Source: Sphingomicrobium sp. (GTDB lineage: Bacteria; Pseudomonadota; Alphaproteobacteria; Sphingomonadales; Sphingomonadaceae). From it: DNA of 54,452 bases. The notes under the pieces are model-generated. The model worked only from the letters and a program-made list of their open reading frames with translations. It searched no databases and was not told the origin of the DNA. The stretch spans positions 1 through 54,452 of the forward strand of contig DATJKE010000104.1 in NCBI GenBank assembly GCA_035491735.1, given 5' to 3'. Within the stretch, counting starts at the first letter, position 1. Every line of letters begins with the position of its first letter. The translations under genes and the position numbers were made by a program. Shown here one piece after another: positions 8,923 to 18,036 of this stretch.

Positions 8923-8951
8923 ACATAGGCGCGGCGCATTACGGTCACAAG
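8923..8951 (-). promoter_or_regulatory. RpoH (sigma-32) type promoter of the peroxiredoxin gene
   Basis: CTTG-N18-CCTATGT on the minus strand, similar to the alphaproteobacterial RpoH consensus. Confidence 0.55.
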
Positions 8952-8983
8952 ACTTGCAGCCCTTACGCGGCAGGAGCATTTTC

Positions 8984-9550
8984 ATGGGCATGGAAACGCC
9001 TCGGTTCCTGTCCGGCAAGCTCCTCCTGGCCATGCCAGGCATTGGCGATCCGCGCTTCGAGCGCGCCGTGATCGCAATGTGCGTTCATGACGAAAATGGC
9101 GCAGTCGGCATCGGCATCGGGCACCAGCGTGCCGGCATCGGCGTGCGCGGCCTGCTCGAGCAGCTGGGAATCGATCCCGGCAAGGCGCCGGACGGCCCGG
9201 TGCTTCACGGCGGACCGGTCGAGCCGGGCAGGGGTTTCGTCCTCCACAGCGAGGATTGGGGCGGGCAGGATACTATCCAGGTCACCGGACTTGGCGCGCT
9301 GACTGGGACAATCGACGTGTTGAAGGCGATTGCCGAAGGGCGAGGGCCGAGCCGCTATTTGATCGCGCTCGGCTATGCCGGCTGGGGCGAAGGCCAGCTC
9401 GATGAGGAAATGACTCGTCCCGGCTGGTTTGCAGCCGACGGGCGCAAGGAAATCCTGTTCGAAACGCCTACCGCCGAGCGGTGGGTGGCCACCTTCAAGG
9501 CGGAAGGGATTGACCCACGGTTGCTGGATAGCGGCGGCGGTGCGGCCTGA
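8984..9550 (+). CDS. YqgE/AlgH family protein
   Basis: LLLAMP...DPRFERAVI, GGPVEP.RGFVLHS, LGYAGWGEGQLDEE; ATG at 8984 or 8990. Confidence 0.93.
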   Translation: MGMETPRFLSGKLLLAMPGIGDPRFERAVIAMCVHDENGAVGIGIGHQRAGIGVRGLLEQLGIDPGKAPDGPVLHGGPVEPGRGFVLHSEDWGGQDTIQVTGLGALTGTIDVLKAIAEGRGPSRYLIALGYAGWGEGQLDEEMTRPGWFAADGRKEILFETPTAERWVATFKAEGIDPRLLDSGGGAA

Positions 9551-10054
9551 TCAGACCGCAGGTTCGAATCCAGATGTCTTCGCCGTTTCGCCAGCGAACT
9601 TGGCTTCCCAGCCCAGGCTTGGGTCATAAACGTTGAATCCAACGGCGAGCCGGTTCCAGCCGTTTATCACGTTGATAACCATGGTCAGCTTGAGTTGTTC
9701 TTCCTTGCTGAACTGAGCATCGAGCGCCGCATAGACATCATCCGGCGCGCGACGATCGGCCACCAGGGTCAGATGTTCTGTCCATCCGAGCGCAGCCCGT
9801 TCGCGCTCACCATAGACGGGCGCTTCCTGCCACGCTGCGAGAAGATGAAGGCGCTGCTCGGTTTCGCCTGCCTTGCGCGCGTCGGCAGTGTGCATGTTGA
9901 GGCAATTGGCACACCCGTTGATCTGCGAAGCGCGGATCTTGACGAGCTCGATCAGGCTTCGCTCGAGCCCGCTGGCTTCGACCTTATTGGAGAAATCGAG
10001 GAATAGCTTCGTGAGCTCAGGTGCCGCGGTGTAGAGATTGATGCGAGGTTTCAT
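9551..10054 (-). CDS. Carboxymuconolactone decarboxylase / AhpD-like family protein
   Basis: ELVKIRASQINGCANCLNMH CxxC motif and INGWNRL; ATG at 10054 with CAGGAAG RBS (track start 10135). Confidence 0.92.
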   Translation of the reverse strand: MKPRINLYTAAPELTKLFLDFSNKVEASGLERSLIELVKIRASQINGCANCLNMHTADARKAGETEQRLHLLAAWQEAPVYGERERAALGWTEHLTLVADRRAPDDVYAALDAQFSKEEQLKLTMVINVINGWNRLAVGFNVYDPSLGWEAKFAGETAKTSGFEPAV

Positions 10055-10211
10055 GCGTACTTCCTGTGGATGAGTGACTGGCCATTGCGAAATGGTCGAT
10101 CGAAACCATATCGACCCGGCCCGCTCCCGGGACAAGGGAGCCCGCCAATTTGCTTTTACACCCGCCGCTGGCTAGGGGCGGCGCAACTCATTTCACCGGA
10201 GAATTGCACCC

Positions 10212-11621
10212 GTGGCCACCGCCGACACCCTAACCCGCGACTATATCGTCAAGGACATTTCGCTCGCCGATTTCGGCCGCAAGGAAATCGAAATCGCCGA
10301 AACCGAAATGCCGGGGCTGATGGCCCTCCGCCAGGAGTATGGCGCGGCGAAGCCTTTGAGAGGAGCCCGGATCACCGGCTCGCTGCACATGACCATCCAG
10401 ACCGCGGTGTTGATCGAAACGCTAACCGCGCTGGGCGCCGAGGTTCGCTGGGCCTCGTGCAACATCTTCTCGACGCAGGACCACGCCGCTGCGGCAATCG
10501 CGAGGTCGGGCGTTCCGGTGTTCGCGGTCAAGGGCGAAACGCTCGAGGAATATTGGGACTATGCCGCTCGTATCTTCGACTGGGGTCAGGACCAGACCTG
10601 CAACATGATCCTCGACGACGGCGGCGACGCCACCATGTTCGCGCTGTGGGGCGCACGGGTCGAGGCGGGGGAGAGCCTGTTCACGCCGCAGAATGAGGAA
10701 GAGGAGATCTTCGTCGCGACGCTGAAGCGCTTCCTAGCCGAGCGGCCGGGCTATCTCACCAAGACGGTCGAGACGATCAAAGGCGTCTCTGAGGAAACCA
10801 CCACTGGCGTCCATCGCCTCTACGACCTCGCCAAGCAGGGCAAGCTCCCTTTCCCGGCGATCAACGTCAACGACAGCGTCACCAAATCCAAGTTCGACAA
10901 CCTCTACGGCTGCAAGGAAAGCCTGGTCGACGCCATTCGCCGGGCGACGGACGTCATGTTGGCCGGCAAGGTCGCGACCGTCGCCGGCTTCGGCGACGTC
11001 GGCAAGGGCTCGGCGGCATCGCTACGCAACGGCGGCGCCCGCGTACTGGTGACTGAGGTCGATCCTATCTGCGCGCTGCAAGCGGCGATGGAAGGCTTTG
11101 AAGTCGTGACGATGGAGGAAGCGGCCAAGCGCGCCGACATCTTCGTCACCGCGACCGGCAATATGGACGTCATCACGCTCGATCACATGCGCGAAATGAA
11201 GGACATGGCGATCGTCTGCAACATCGGCCACTTCGACAGCGAGATACAGATCGGCGCGCTCAACAATTACAAGTGGACCGAGATCAAGCCGCAGGTCGAC
11301 GAGGTCACTTTCCCCGACGGCAAGCGCATCATCGTCCTGTCCAAGGGGCGGCTGGTCAATCTCGGCAATGCCACCGGCCACCCGAGCTTCGTGATGAGTT
11401 CCAGCTTCACCAACCAGGTGCTGGCGCAGATTGAGCTCTGGACCAAGTCGGACTCCTATCAGAACGACGTCTATGTCTTGCCCAAGCAGCTCGACGAGAA
11501 AGTCGCGGCGCTCCACCTCGACAAGCTCGGCGTCAAACTGACCAAGCTTTCGTCCAAGCAGGCGGCCTATATCGGCGTCGAGCCGGAAGGCCCGTTCAAG
11601 CCGGACCACTACCGCTACTAA
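10212..11621 (+). CDS. ahcY: Adenosylhomocysteinase
   Basis: [55 protein letters not shown]-terminal DHYRY. Confidence 0.98.
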   Translation: MATADTLTRDYIVKDISLADFGRKEIEIAETEMPGLMALRQEYGAAKPLRGARITGSLHMTIQTAVLIETLTALGAEVRWASCNIFSTQDHAAAAIARSGVPVFAVKGETLEEYWDYAARIFDWGQDQTCNMILDDGGDATMFALWGARVEAGESLFTPQNEEEEIFVATLKRFLAERPGYLTKTVETIKGVSEETTTGVHRLYDLAKQGKLPFPAINVNDSVTKSKFDNLYGCKESLVDAIRRATDVMLAGKVATVAGFGDVGKGSAASLRNGGARVLVTEVDPICALQAAMEGFEVVTMEEAAKRADIFVTATGNMDVITLDHMREMKDMAIVCNIGHFDSEIQIGALNNYKWTEIKPQVDEVTFPDGKRIIVLSKGRLVNLGNATGHPSFVMSSSFTNQVLAQIELWTKSDSYQNDVYVLPKQLDEKVAALHLDKLGVKLTKLSSKQAAYIGVEPEGPFKPDHYRY

Positions 11622-11626
11622 AACGC

Positions 11627-12589
11627 CTATTCAGGGGTAAATCGGCGCTCCCGGATCCAGCGGCTGGCGAGAAATTTCTCGCCGGCGCTGACCGGTAGCC
11701 CCGCATGCTGCGCGGAGGGATCGGGAACGCCCGAAGAATCGGCGTTGCGGAACAGCAGGCCGTCCCCCTTCTTGCCTTTCACCTTGAGGCCGGTGGACAG
11801 GAATTCTGTCTCGCCGCCCTCATAATCGTCATTCAAATAGACCAGGAACGTCAGCACACGCTGGTTTTCGGAATCGCTTATCGCGTCGAAGTGAGGGCGG
11901 TATTGTTGCCCCGGCCGATATCGCAGCACCTGGAGCGGTTCGCCCTGTTTGACGTGGGTGTTGCTGGCTTCCGCCAGGCGGCGGCAGAGCGCGTGGATGG
12001 CCGGGCTCTCGCTTACGAGAGGGAATCCGATCGCGTCGGAAGTACGAACCGGATTTGGCACCTGCTGTCCGGTTTGCGGATCGACTACCAGGGACGGCCG
12101 AAGCGACGGCGCGGATCGCTCGATCAGGAAATCGCACTCCTCGGCCGAAAACAGGCCGGAAAAGAGTTGGACTTCCGGCGACGATGAGAGCTGCTCGCTG
12201 GGGAAGGGGCCTTTCGGCTCCCCAGCCTCGCCAAGCTGCATCGCGCGGATCGCTTTCATTTCGCGCACCGCGTCTGCATCGGATTGCGCAGCCCCTTCCA
12301 ATAGCTTGATCGCTGCGCCCCAATCGGCGGCACCACCTGTCCCGTTGGCGACGAACGCCCGGTAAGTCGCGGCCGCCGATGTGCTGCCGGCTTGTGCGGC
12401 CTTGCCATAAAGGTCGCGGGACAGCGCTAGGTCCCGGTTCACCATGTCGCCCGACAAAGCCATGGCGGCGAGCATTTCCAGCGCGCCGGCATCACCACTC
12501 CGAGCGGCTTGACCCAGCAGGTCCATGCCCTGGCGAAACTGCCTTGACGCAAACAGCGCCTGGGCCCGGTCGACTATCCCTTCAGCCAT
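11627..12589 (-). CDS. Sel1-like-repeat prolyl 4-hydroxylase-like 2OG-Fe(II) oxygenase
   Basis: EEC..LI, VRTS, EPLQVLRY..GQ.Y.PHFD (HxD), RVLTFLVYLN...GGETEF, HAGLPV..GEK (distal His and 2OG-binding Lys); N-terminal Sel1-like repeats (AA.SGD..A, KAAQAG, GTGG..DW..A). Confidence 0.9.
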   Translation of the reverse strand: MAEGIVDRAQALFASRQFRQGMDLLGQAARSGDAGALEMLAAMALSGDMVNRDLALSRDLYGKAAQAGSTSAAATYRAFVANGTGGAADWGAAIKLLEGAAQSDADAVREMKAIRAMQLGEAGEPKGPFPSEQLSSSPEVQLFSGLFSAEECDFLIERSAPSLRPSLVVDPQTGQQVPNPVRTSDAIGFPLVSESPAIHALCRRLAEASNTHVKQGEPLQVLRYRPGQQYRPHFDAISDSENQRVLTFLVYLNDDYEGGETEFLSTGLKVKGKKGDGLLFRNADSSGVPDPSAQHAGLPVSAGEKFLASRWIRERRFTPE

Positions 12590-12625
12590 GGCCCCTTGTT
12601 GGCAGCGGCTCTTCGCGCCCGCTAC

Positions 12626-12655
12626 AAAAAAAAGGCCGGGGCAAATGCCCCGGCC
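12626..12655 (-). terminator. Intrinsic terminator after TonB-dependent receptor B
   Basis: Minus strand GGCCGGGGC-attt-GCCCCGGCC followed by T8. Confidence 0.85.
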
Positions 12656-12682
12656 AAAAGGTTTGAGTGATTATCGATCGGA

Positions 12683-15600
12683 CTAGAAGCGCGCCCGGAA
12701 CCCGGCGAAGAACCGGCGCCCGAGGACGTTGTAGATGGCGCTGCCCGCGCCAGTCGCGGTCGTGCCCAACGGTGGCTTCTTGTTGGTGAAGTTGTCGATA
12801 CCGAAGAAGAACAGATAGTCCTTCCCAAGGCCGCCCAGGCTCTTGATGTTATAATCAAGGCGGATGTCATGATAGAAGACCGCCGGATAGTTCTTGTCAT
12901 CCGCAAAGTCCGCGTTGAACGGCGGGCAGGCTCCGGTAATCGGGTTGCAAGCGCCCGACGCCTTATTCTGGTCTTCATAGGCGGCGGAAACGGCCATCTT
13001 GCCTATGTAGCTCATCTGATAGCCGAGGGTGAACGGACCATAGGTCCCCGCGACATCCCAGCGGAACTCATCCTGCGGATCGCCGAGCTCCCCTAGAATC
13101 CTGTTCTCAAGCGACAGGAAGGTCGGGTTCTCGAAATTGCTGATCTGGATATTGTGCGTGTAGATCAGCCGGGTATCGAATTTCACCGGACCGATGTCGG
13201 TGCGATACGCCACTTCCGTGTCGACACCCTTGCGGACGCGCTTGGCGAAGTTCTGGGGCCCCGACAGCAGTGAGTTCCCCAGGACCTGACCCGGCACTTC
13301 GCCGAAAGGACCGAGGCCTGGACCCTGCCAACGCTGGAACAGCCCACAGAAGGGGTTGTTCAGGTTCGGTGCGTCGTAGCAGCTGTTGACGATCGTCTGG
13401 GCGCTGAGCGAGACGATCACGTCGTTCACGACGATCTTGTACCAGTCGACGCTGATCGAAAGACCCGGGACCCAGCGCGGCTGGATGACCGCACCGACCG
13501 TGTAGGAATTCGATTTTTCCGGCAGGAGGTCAGGGTTGCTGCCGCTCAAGATGGGCAGCGAAATGGTGACGCTCGGCAGCGTGCCGAAGAGTGCACCGAG
13601 GTCGGCCAGACAGTTCGCCGGACGGTTGGGATTGTTGGCGATGTTTGCCGTCTGGCACGGATCGATGAAGCCCGGTGCGAAGTTCGGAACGACCGGGAAG
13701 CCGGTTTCCGAAACGTTCGGGGCGCGGATCGCGCGGCCGTAGTTACCGCGGAAGCGGAGGTCGCGGACCGGGGCCCATTCGAGGCCGATGTTGTACGTTT
13801 TCACCGTACCGATCGCGCCGCCATACCAGGACAGACGCCCTGCGCCGCTCAGCGTCAGGTCTTCAAAGAAGGGCTCATCCTTCATGATCGGAACCTGAAT
13901 TTCGCCATAGAGCTCCTTCACCTTGAACGGATCCGGATCGAAGTCGCCGATGGAAACGCCGTTGGTGAAGCCGTCCGCCACGAACGGATCCTGCTTGTAG
14001 CTATTCTTTTCCTTGCGATATTCGCCGCCGATCACAAAGCTGACGGGGCCGCCTGGAAGTTCGAACAGCTGGCTGGAATCGCCGGCAACGAAGCCGAGGA
14101 TGTCCAGCTGGCTCATCCACGCCTTGTTGCGGGCGTTGTAGGTGAAGTAGGCCGCAGACGCCTTATTATCGCGCCCGCCGAACGGATTGTACGGAATGCA
14201 GGCCGCGATGTCCTGAGGCAGACGAGCAATATTCGCGGCGGTTCCGCCGAAAGCATCGCCATTAGCCGCCAATGGAGCAAACTTCGCGCGGCACTGAATG
14301 CCTGCGCCCGGGTTTGCAGGATCGATCCCGGCGTCCATCGCCAGCATGAAGCGCTGCTTGTCGACGAAGCCGAAGGTGGTCGTGTCTTCCTTCATCTTCC
14401 CGTAGTTGACCGAAACTTCGTAGTTCCAGTCATCGTTGAAGTTGCCGCGGACGCCGCCAACCACGCGATAGGTGTCACGCTTGAATTCCTCGTCGCGGAT
14501 GCCCGAGTCCGCCAGATGGCGGGCAATCACGAAGCGGTAGGTACCGGCCGCGATCTGCGCCTGTTGAGCAGCCGTAAGGTTGCCGAGAATGGTCAACCCG
14601 GTGCCCGGATCGGTGGAGGTATTGGGGCACGCAGCGGTGAGGCTGGTGTTGCAGTGTGAAGCCAGGATCTCGTTGGCGATCGTGGTCCGCTGGGCAGGGG
14701 TCAGGAACGGATTGTCGATCCGGACGCGCTCGCGGGAGTCGAACTGAGTCTGCTGGCCCTGGATGAAGGACGGGCCGAAGTTCGATCCGCGAGTCTTGAC
14801 GCGAACCCACTTGGCTTCGACGAACGGCTCGAACGCATCGCTGACGGTGTAGTGACCCAGCAGGTTGAAATTCACCCGGTCCATCTTCGGCAGCACCGAC
14901 AGCAATTGGGCTTCGCGGCCAGTCTGGCCATTGCCGCCTACGATGCTGCCGATGATGCCCGTACCAACGCGGGTGCCGGTCTGCGGCAACAGGTTGCCAG
15001 CCGCATCGAACACAAAGGTGCAGTTATAAGGGGAGCCGCCGACTGTCGTGGCCGCGCCATCGGAGGGACCCAGGCCCGTGCCGCAATCCGCGTCGGCGGG
15101 CCGTTGGTTGATCGGGATCAGGCCGAAGCGATTGATGCTGGCGCTGCGGATGTCCCTGAAGAAGGTGCGGTCCGCAACATCGTCACTGCCGTGCCGGTCA
15201 ATTGCAAGCGCCGGATCGACGTCGACCACCAGGAAGCCGTCCTGACTGCGCAGCCACGGAATGTCCGAAGCGAAGATGCGGTCCTGATGGGCATATTCGC
15301 CATGAACCGTGACGTTGCCGCGGCCATCGTCGAAATTGTGGCCGTACATTGCGGAAACATACTGGTTGCCGCCGAAACCTTCCCACGAGGTCGCTGCATT
15401 GCCGCGAACCTGCAGGCCGGTGAAATCGCGCTTCAAGATGAAGTTGACGACACCGGCAATGGCGTCCGAACCGTACACGGCCGAGTTACCGCCGGTGACG
15501 ATGTCGACGCGGTCGACCAGGTCGTTCGGGATGGTGTTGACGTCGGGCGAAACGGCGTTGTTGAGAATGTCGGCGCCGACGTGACGGCGGCCGTTGACCA

Positions 15601-16045
15601 GCGTCAGGGTGCGGACCGTGCCGAGGCCGCGAAGGTCGAGCAGGTTGAGGCCGGCGATGCCGATGCCGAGACCTGGGTTCGACTGGGCGAAAGTGCTGCG
15701 GAGCTGCGGTAGCTCGTTCAGCGTGTCGCCGATGCTGATCGACGATTGCTGAATGAACGATTCGCCGCTGATCGAGGTGATCGGAACCTGCGATTCAAGG
15801 TTCGGACGGCGGATGCGCGAACCGGTAACGACGATCGCCTTGTCCTCGCTCTCGGCCGACTTCTGCAACACTTCCTGAGTGCCCGAAGCGGCGTCCTGAG
15901 CAGGAGTGTCCTGGTCGGTTGCTTGTTCCGTAGTCGTGGGTGGCGGCGCAGCGTCCTGAGCAAATGCCGGAGTGGCAATAAAGGCAAGACCGCAAGCGGC
16001 GAATGTCTGGAGAGCCGTTGCTCCCAACAGCATCCTCTTAGTCAT
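12683..16045 (-). CDS. TonB-dependent receptor B (1120 aa, Cys-rich loops)
   Basis: Signal peptide ending PAFA, IVVTGSRI TonB-box region, LRGLG..RTLTLVNGRR and GGNSAVYGSDAIAGVVNF plug motifs, C-terminal RF. Confidence 0.96.
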   Translation of the reverse strand: MTKRMLLGATALQTFAACGLAFIATPAFAQDAAPPPTTTEQATDQDTPAQDAASGTQEVLQKSAESEDKAIVVTGSRIRRPNLESQVPITSISGESFIQQSSISIGDTLNELPQLRSTFAQSNPGLGIGIAGLNLLDLRGLGTVRTLTLVNGRRHVGADILNNAVSPDVNTIPNDLVDRVDIVTGGNSAVYGSDAIAGVVNFILKRDFTGLQVRGNAATSWEGFGGNQYVSAMYGHNFDDGRGNVTVHGEYAHQDRIFASDIPWLRSQDGFLVVDVDPALAIDRHGSDDVADRTFFRDIRSASINRFGLIPINQRPADADCGTGLGPSDGAATTVGGSPYNCTFVFDAAGNLLPQTGTRVGTGIIGSIVGGNGQTGREAQLLSVLPKMDRVNFNLLGHYTVSDAFEPFVEAKWVRVKTRGSNFGPSFIQGQQTQFDSRERVRIDNPFLTPAQRTTIANEILASHCNTSLTAACPNTSTDPGTGLTILGNLTAAQQAQIAAGTYRFVIARHLADSGIRDEEFKRDTYRVVGGVRGNFNDDWNYEVSVNYGKMKEDTTTFGFVDKQRFMLAMDAGIDPANPGAGIQCRAKFAPLAANGDAFGGTAANIARLPQDIAACIPYNPFGGRDNKASAAYFTYNARNKAWMSQLDILGFVAGDSSQLFELPGGPVSFVIGGEYRKEKNSYKQDPFVADGFTNGVSIGDFDPDPFKVKELYGEIQVPIMKDEPFFEDLTLSGAGRLSWYGGAIGTVKTYNIGLEWAPVRDLRFRGNYGRAIRAPNVSETGFPVVPNFAPGFIDPCQTANIANNPNRPANCLADLGALFGTLPSVTISLPILSGSNPDLLPEKSNSYTVGAVIQPRWVPGLSISVDWYKIVVNDVIVSLSAQTIVNSCYDAPNLNNPFCGLFQRWQGPGLGPFGEVPGQVLGNSLLSGPQNFAKRVRKGVDTEVAYRTDIGPVKFDTRLIYTHNIQISNFENPTFLSLENRILGELGDPQDEFRWDVAGTYGPFTLGYQMSYIGKMAVSAAYEDQNKASGACNPITGACPPFNADFADDKNYPAVFYHDIRLDYNIKSLGGLGKDYLFFFGIDNFTNKKPPLGTTATGAGSAIYNVLGRRFFAGFRARF

Positions 16046-16145
16046 GTTTTGAGACCCCTAGGTGTAAATTTCCCAGCCCCTCATCGGCGAAGCGGCGGAA
16101 TTTTCATACTGTCAGTTGGGGTGAAAAAAGAGATTCCTACTGCGA

Positions 16146-16163
16146 TGTTACATTAATGCCACA
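16146..16163. promoter_or_regulatory. 18-bp palindromic operator upstream of receptor B
   Basis: TGTTACATTAATGCCACA (TGT-N12-ACA), 101-118 bp upstream of the ATG; similar site upstream of receptor A. Confidence 0.5.
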
Positions 16164-16245
16164 TTCAGGTGACGGAGCACTCAAAAATCTTAATCCCAAT
16201 CAGTGGGATACCCCTGGGGGAGGGGTCGCAATGCATCGCTTGCGC

Positions 16246-18036
16246 TCAAGTCTCGTTCGGAACGACGGGATAGCAGTCGGCAATAGGACCCAGAGCCTGC
16301 TTTAGCGGTCCGAGCCACGGATCGAATGCTCGCCATTGCTCGAGCCCCTCGCGGTTGATCGGGCGCCTTACTTGTTCGGAACTGGCTGTCCGAACCTCAC
16401 GCTTGTTTTCGTGAAACCGCAGGCAACTATCGTCAAAAGCGACCCCAAGATAATCGAGCATTCTGCGAATCTCGAATTCGGGCTCGGTCACCAAATTCTC
16501 ATGGATCACGCGATGGATCCTGCCCGGAGCGATCACATCGAAATGGGCCAGCATGCGGATGTAATCCGAATAGAAACGGCCGATGTCGTGCAGGTCATAG
16601 GTAAACTCCTGGCCCGCCGCAAAAAATTGCCGGTAGTTTGAGAAGCAACAGGCAAGCGGATGCCGGCGCGCGTCGATGATCTTTGAATTGGGCAAGATCG
16701 ACAGGATGAAACCGATGTGCAGCCAATTGTTCGGCATCTTGTCGATGAAGAACGGCTTATCCGCTCGCCTCTTCAAACCGACATTCCATAGATAGGCACG
16801 GCCAAGCCGCTGTAGTTCCGCTCCCGGCAATTCAGCGAGGTGTTCGAGATATGCGCCGCCCTCGGCGACGGCCGTTTTCTCGTCGGATAGAAGGTCTGCA
16901 AGGTTGGATATCTCCGACAGCTCGCCGGTCGCCTCGATATCCGGATGGGACGACAAAATTTGCTCGATCAGAGTCGACCCGGAGCGAGGCAGCCCGAGTA
17001 CGAAGATGGCATCGGGGGCAGATTCTCCACCATGTTGGCGTTGGGCGAAATAGTTGCGGTCGAACAGCGCAATCGATTTATCGACGAGGCGAGTGATGGC
17101 ATCGGGATCATGATCGCTCGAAAGCGACCGCAACCGATTGCCCTCAACATAGGCTTCGAAAGACGATTGATAGTCTCCGAACTGTTCGGACGCACGTCCG
17201 AGAGCGAAGAAGAGTTGTGCCAGATCGGTTTCGCTTACACCGGGCGTCCGCACCAGCTGCTTCAACGTATCGAGATCGGTTTCGGTGAACCGGGAGGCTT
17301 TGAGGTCGCCGATCGCGCACCAGGCCTCACCAGCGCTGGGTCGAGCTTCGATCGCACGCCGATATTTCGCGACAGCCTCATCCTGCTCACCGATCGTCCG
17401 GAGCACGTGGCCATAACTCACCCAATGTTCCGGATTGTCCGGGTATCGCTGGACGAGGCGCCCGTAGAGTTGCAGACCCTCGTCAATCAGCCGCGCTCCG
17501 GGCTTTTCATCCGGCCAGGCGATTCTGCTGCGAAACGAGCCCGGTTTGCTGACTTCCCCGCCTGATCGAACCTGAGCAAGTGCCTCCCGGAGGGCTATCG
17601 CACGATCATAGTCGGGCGCGACGGCAAGCGCCCCTTCTACAAAGCGCTCCGCCTGGTCGAATTGGCCCATTCGCGCCGCGACTTCGGCGACCATCCGCAT
17701 GGCTGCGGCATTTTCGGGATGTTCCTCGAGGAACTTCAGGGCGAGGCGATGGCTTTTGCCAGGCTGTTGTTGCGCCAGCGTCATAAGCGCTTCGAACAAG
17801 GGAGGCTGGAACATCGACAGATCGACAGCCTCCTGCTCCGCATGGCGCGCTTCTTCGATCCGGGCTTGGCGCCGAAGCGCCAATCCAAGGAGGCTACGCG
17901 CATCGACGCATTCAGGATCGCCTTCGATGATAATCCGTGCCTGGCGCTCCGCGGACGCGGGGTCGCTGGCTAGCAGCCGTCGCCCATTCAGGAGGGCCTG
18001 CTCCTTGCTTCCTTCCGATTGAATCGTCGCGCTCAC
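16246..18036 (-). CDS. TPR-repeat sulfotransferase 2 (Sulfotransfer_3 / protein-tyrosine-sulfotransferase-like)
   Basis: GLPRSGSTLIEQIL 5'-PSB loop, DKMP, RRHP..CCFS 3'-PB motif, TASSEQVR.PI; N-terminal TPRs; GTG at 18036 overlaps the upstream TGA (track start 18048). Confidence 0.93.
   Translation of the reverse strand: MSATIQSEGSKEQALLNGRRLLASDPASAERQARIIIEGDPECVDARSLLGLALRRQARIEEARHAEQEAVDLSMFQPPLFEALMTLAQQQPGKSHRLALKFLEEHPENAAAMRMVAEVAARMGQFDQAERFVEGALAVAPDYDRAIALREALAQVRSGGEVSKPGSFRSRIAWPDEKPGARLIDEGLQLYGRLVQRYPDNPEHWVSYGHVLRTIGEQDEAVAKYRRAIEARPSAGEAWCAIGDLKASRFTETDLDTLKQLVRTPGVSETDLAQLFFALGRASEQFGDYQSSFEAYVEGNRLRSLSSDHDPDAITRLVDKSIALFDRNYFAQRQHGGESAPDAIFVLGLPRSGSTLIEQILSSHPDIEATGELSEISNLADLLSDEKTAVAEGGAYLEHLAELPGAELQRLGRAYLWNVGLKRRADKPFFIDKMPNNWLHIGFILSILPNSKIIDARRHPLACCFSNYRQFFAAGQEFTYDLHDIGRFYSDYIRMLAHFDVIAPGRIHRVIHENLVTEPEFEIRRMLDYLGVAFDDSCLRFHENKREVRTASSEQVRRPINREGLEQWRAFDPWLGPLKQALGPIADCYPVVPNET

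Noticed and set aside
10055-10211. SAH riboswitch upstream of ahcY
   Set aside because: Only short hairpins (GCTCCC/GGGAGC; ATGGT/ACCAT) are visible and I could not find the conserved SAH riboswitch core; an Infernal search would settle it
16046-16245. RiPP-type precursor peptide (RaxX-like) for the sulfotransferases
   Set aside because: Minus-strand micro-ORFs (MHCDPSPRGIPLIGIKIFECSVT, MKIPPLRR, MRGWEIYT) lack a clear RBS or convincing substrate motif and overlap the promoter region; no peptide exporter is nearby
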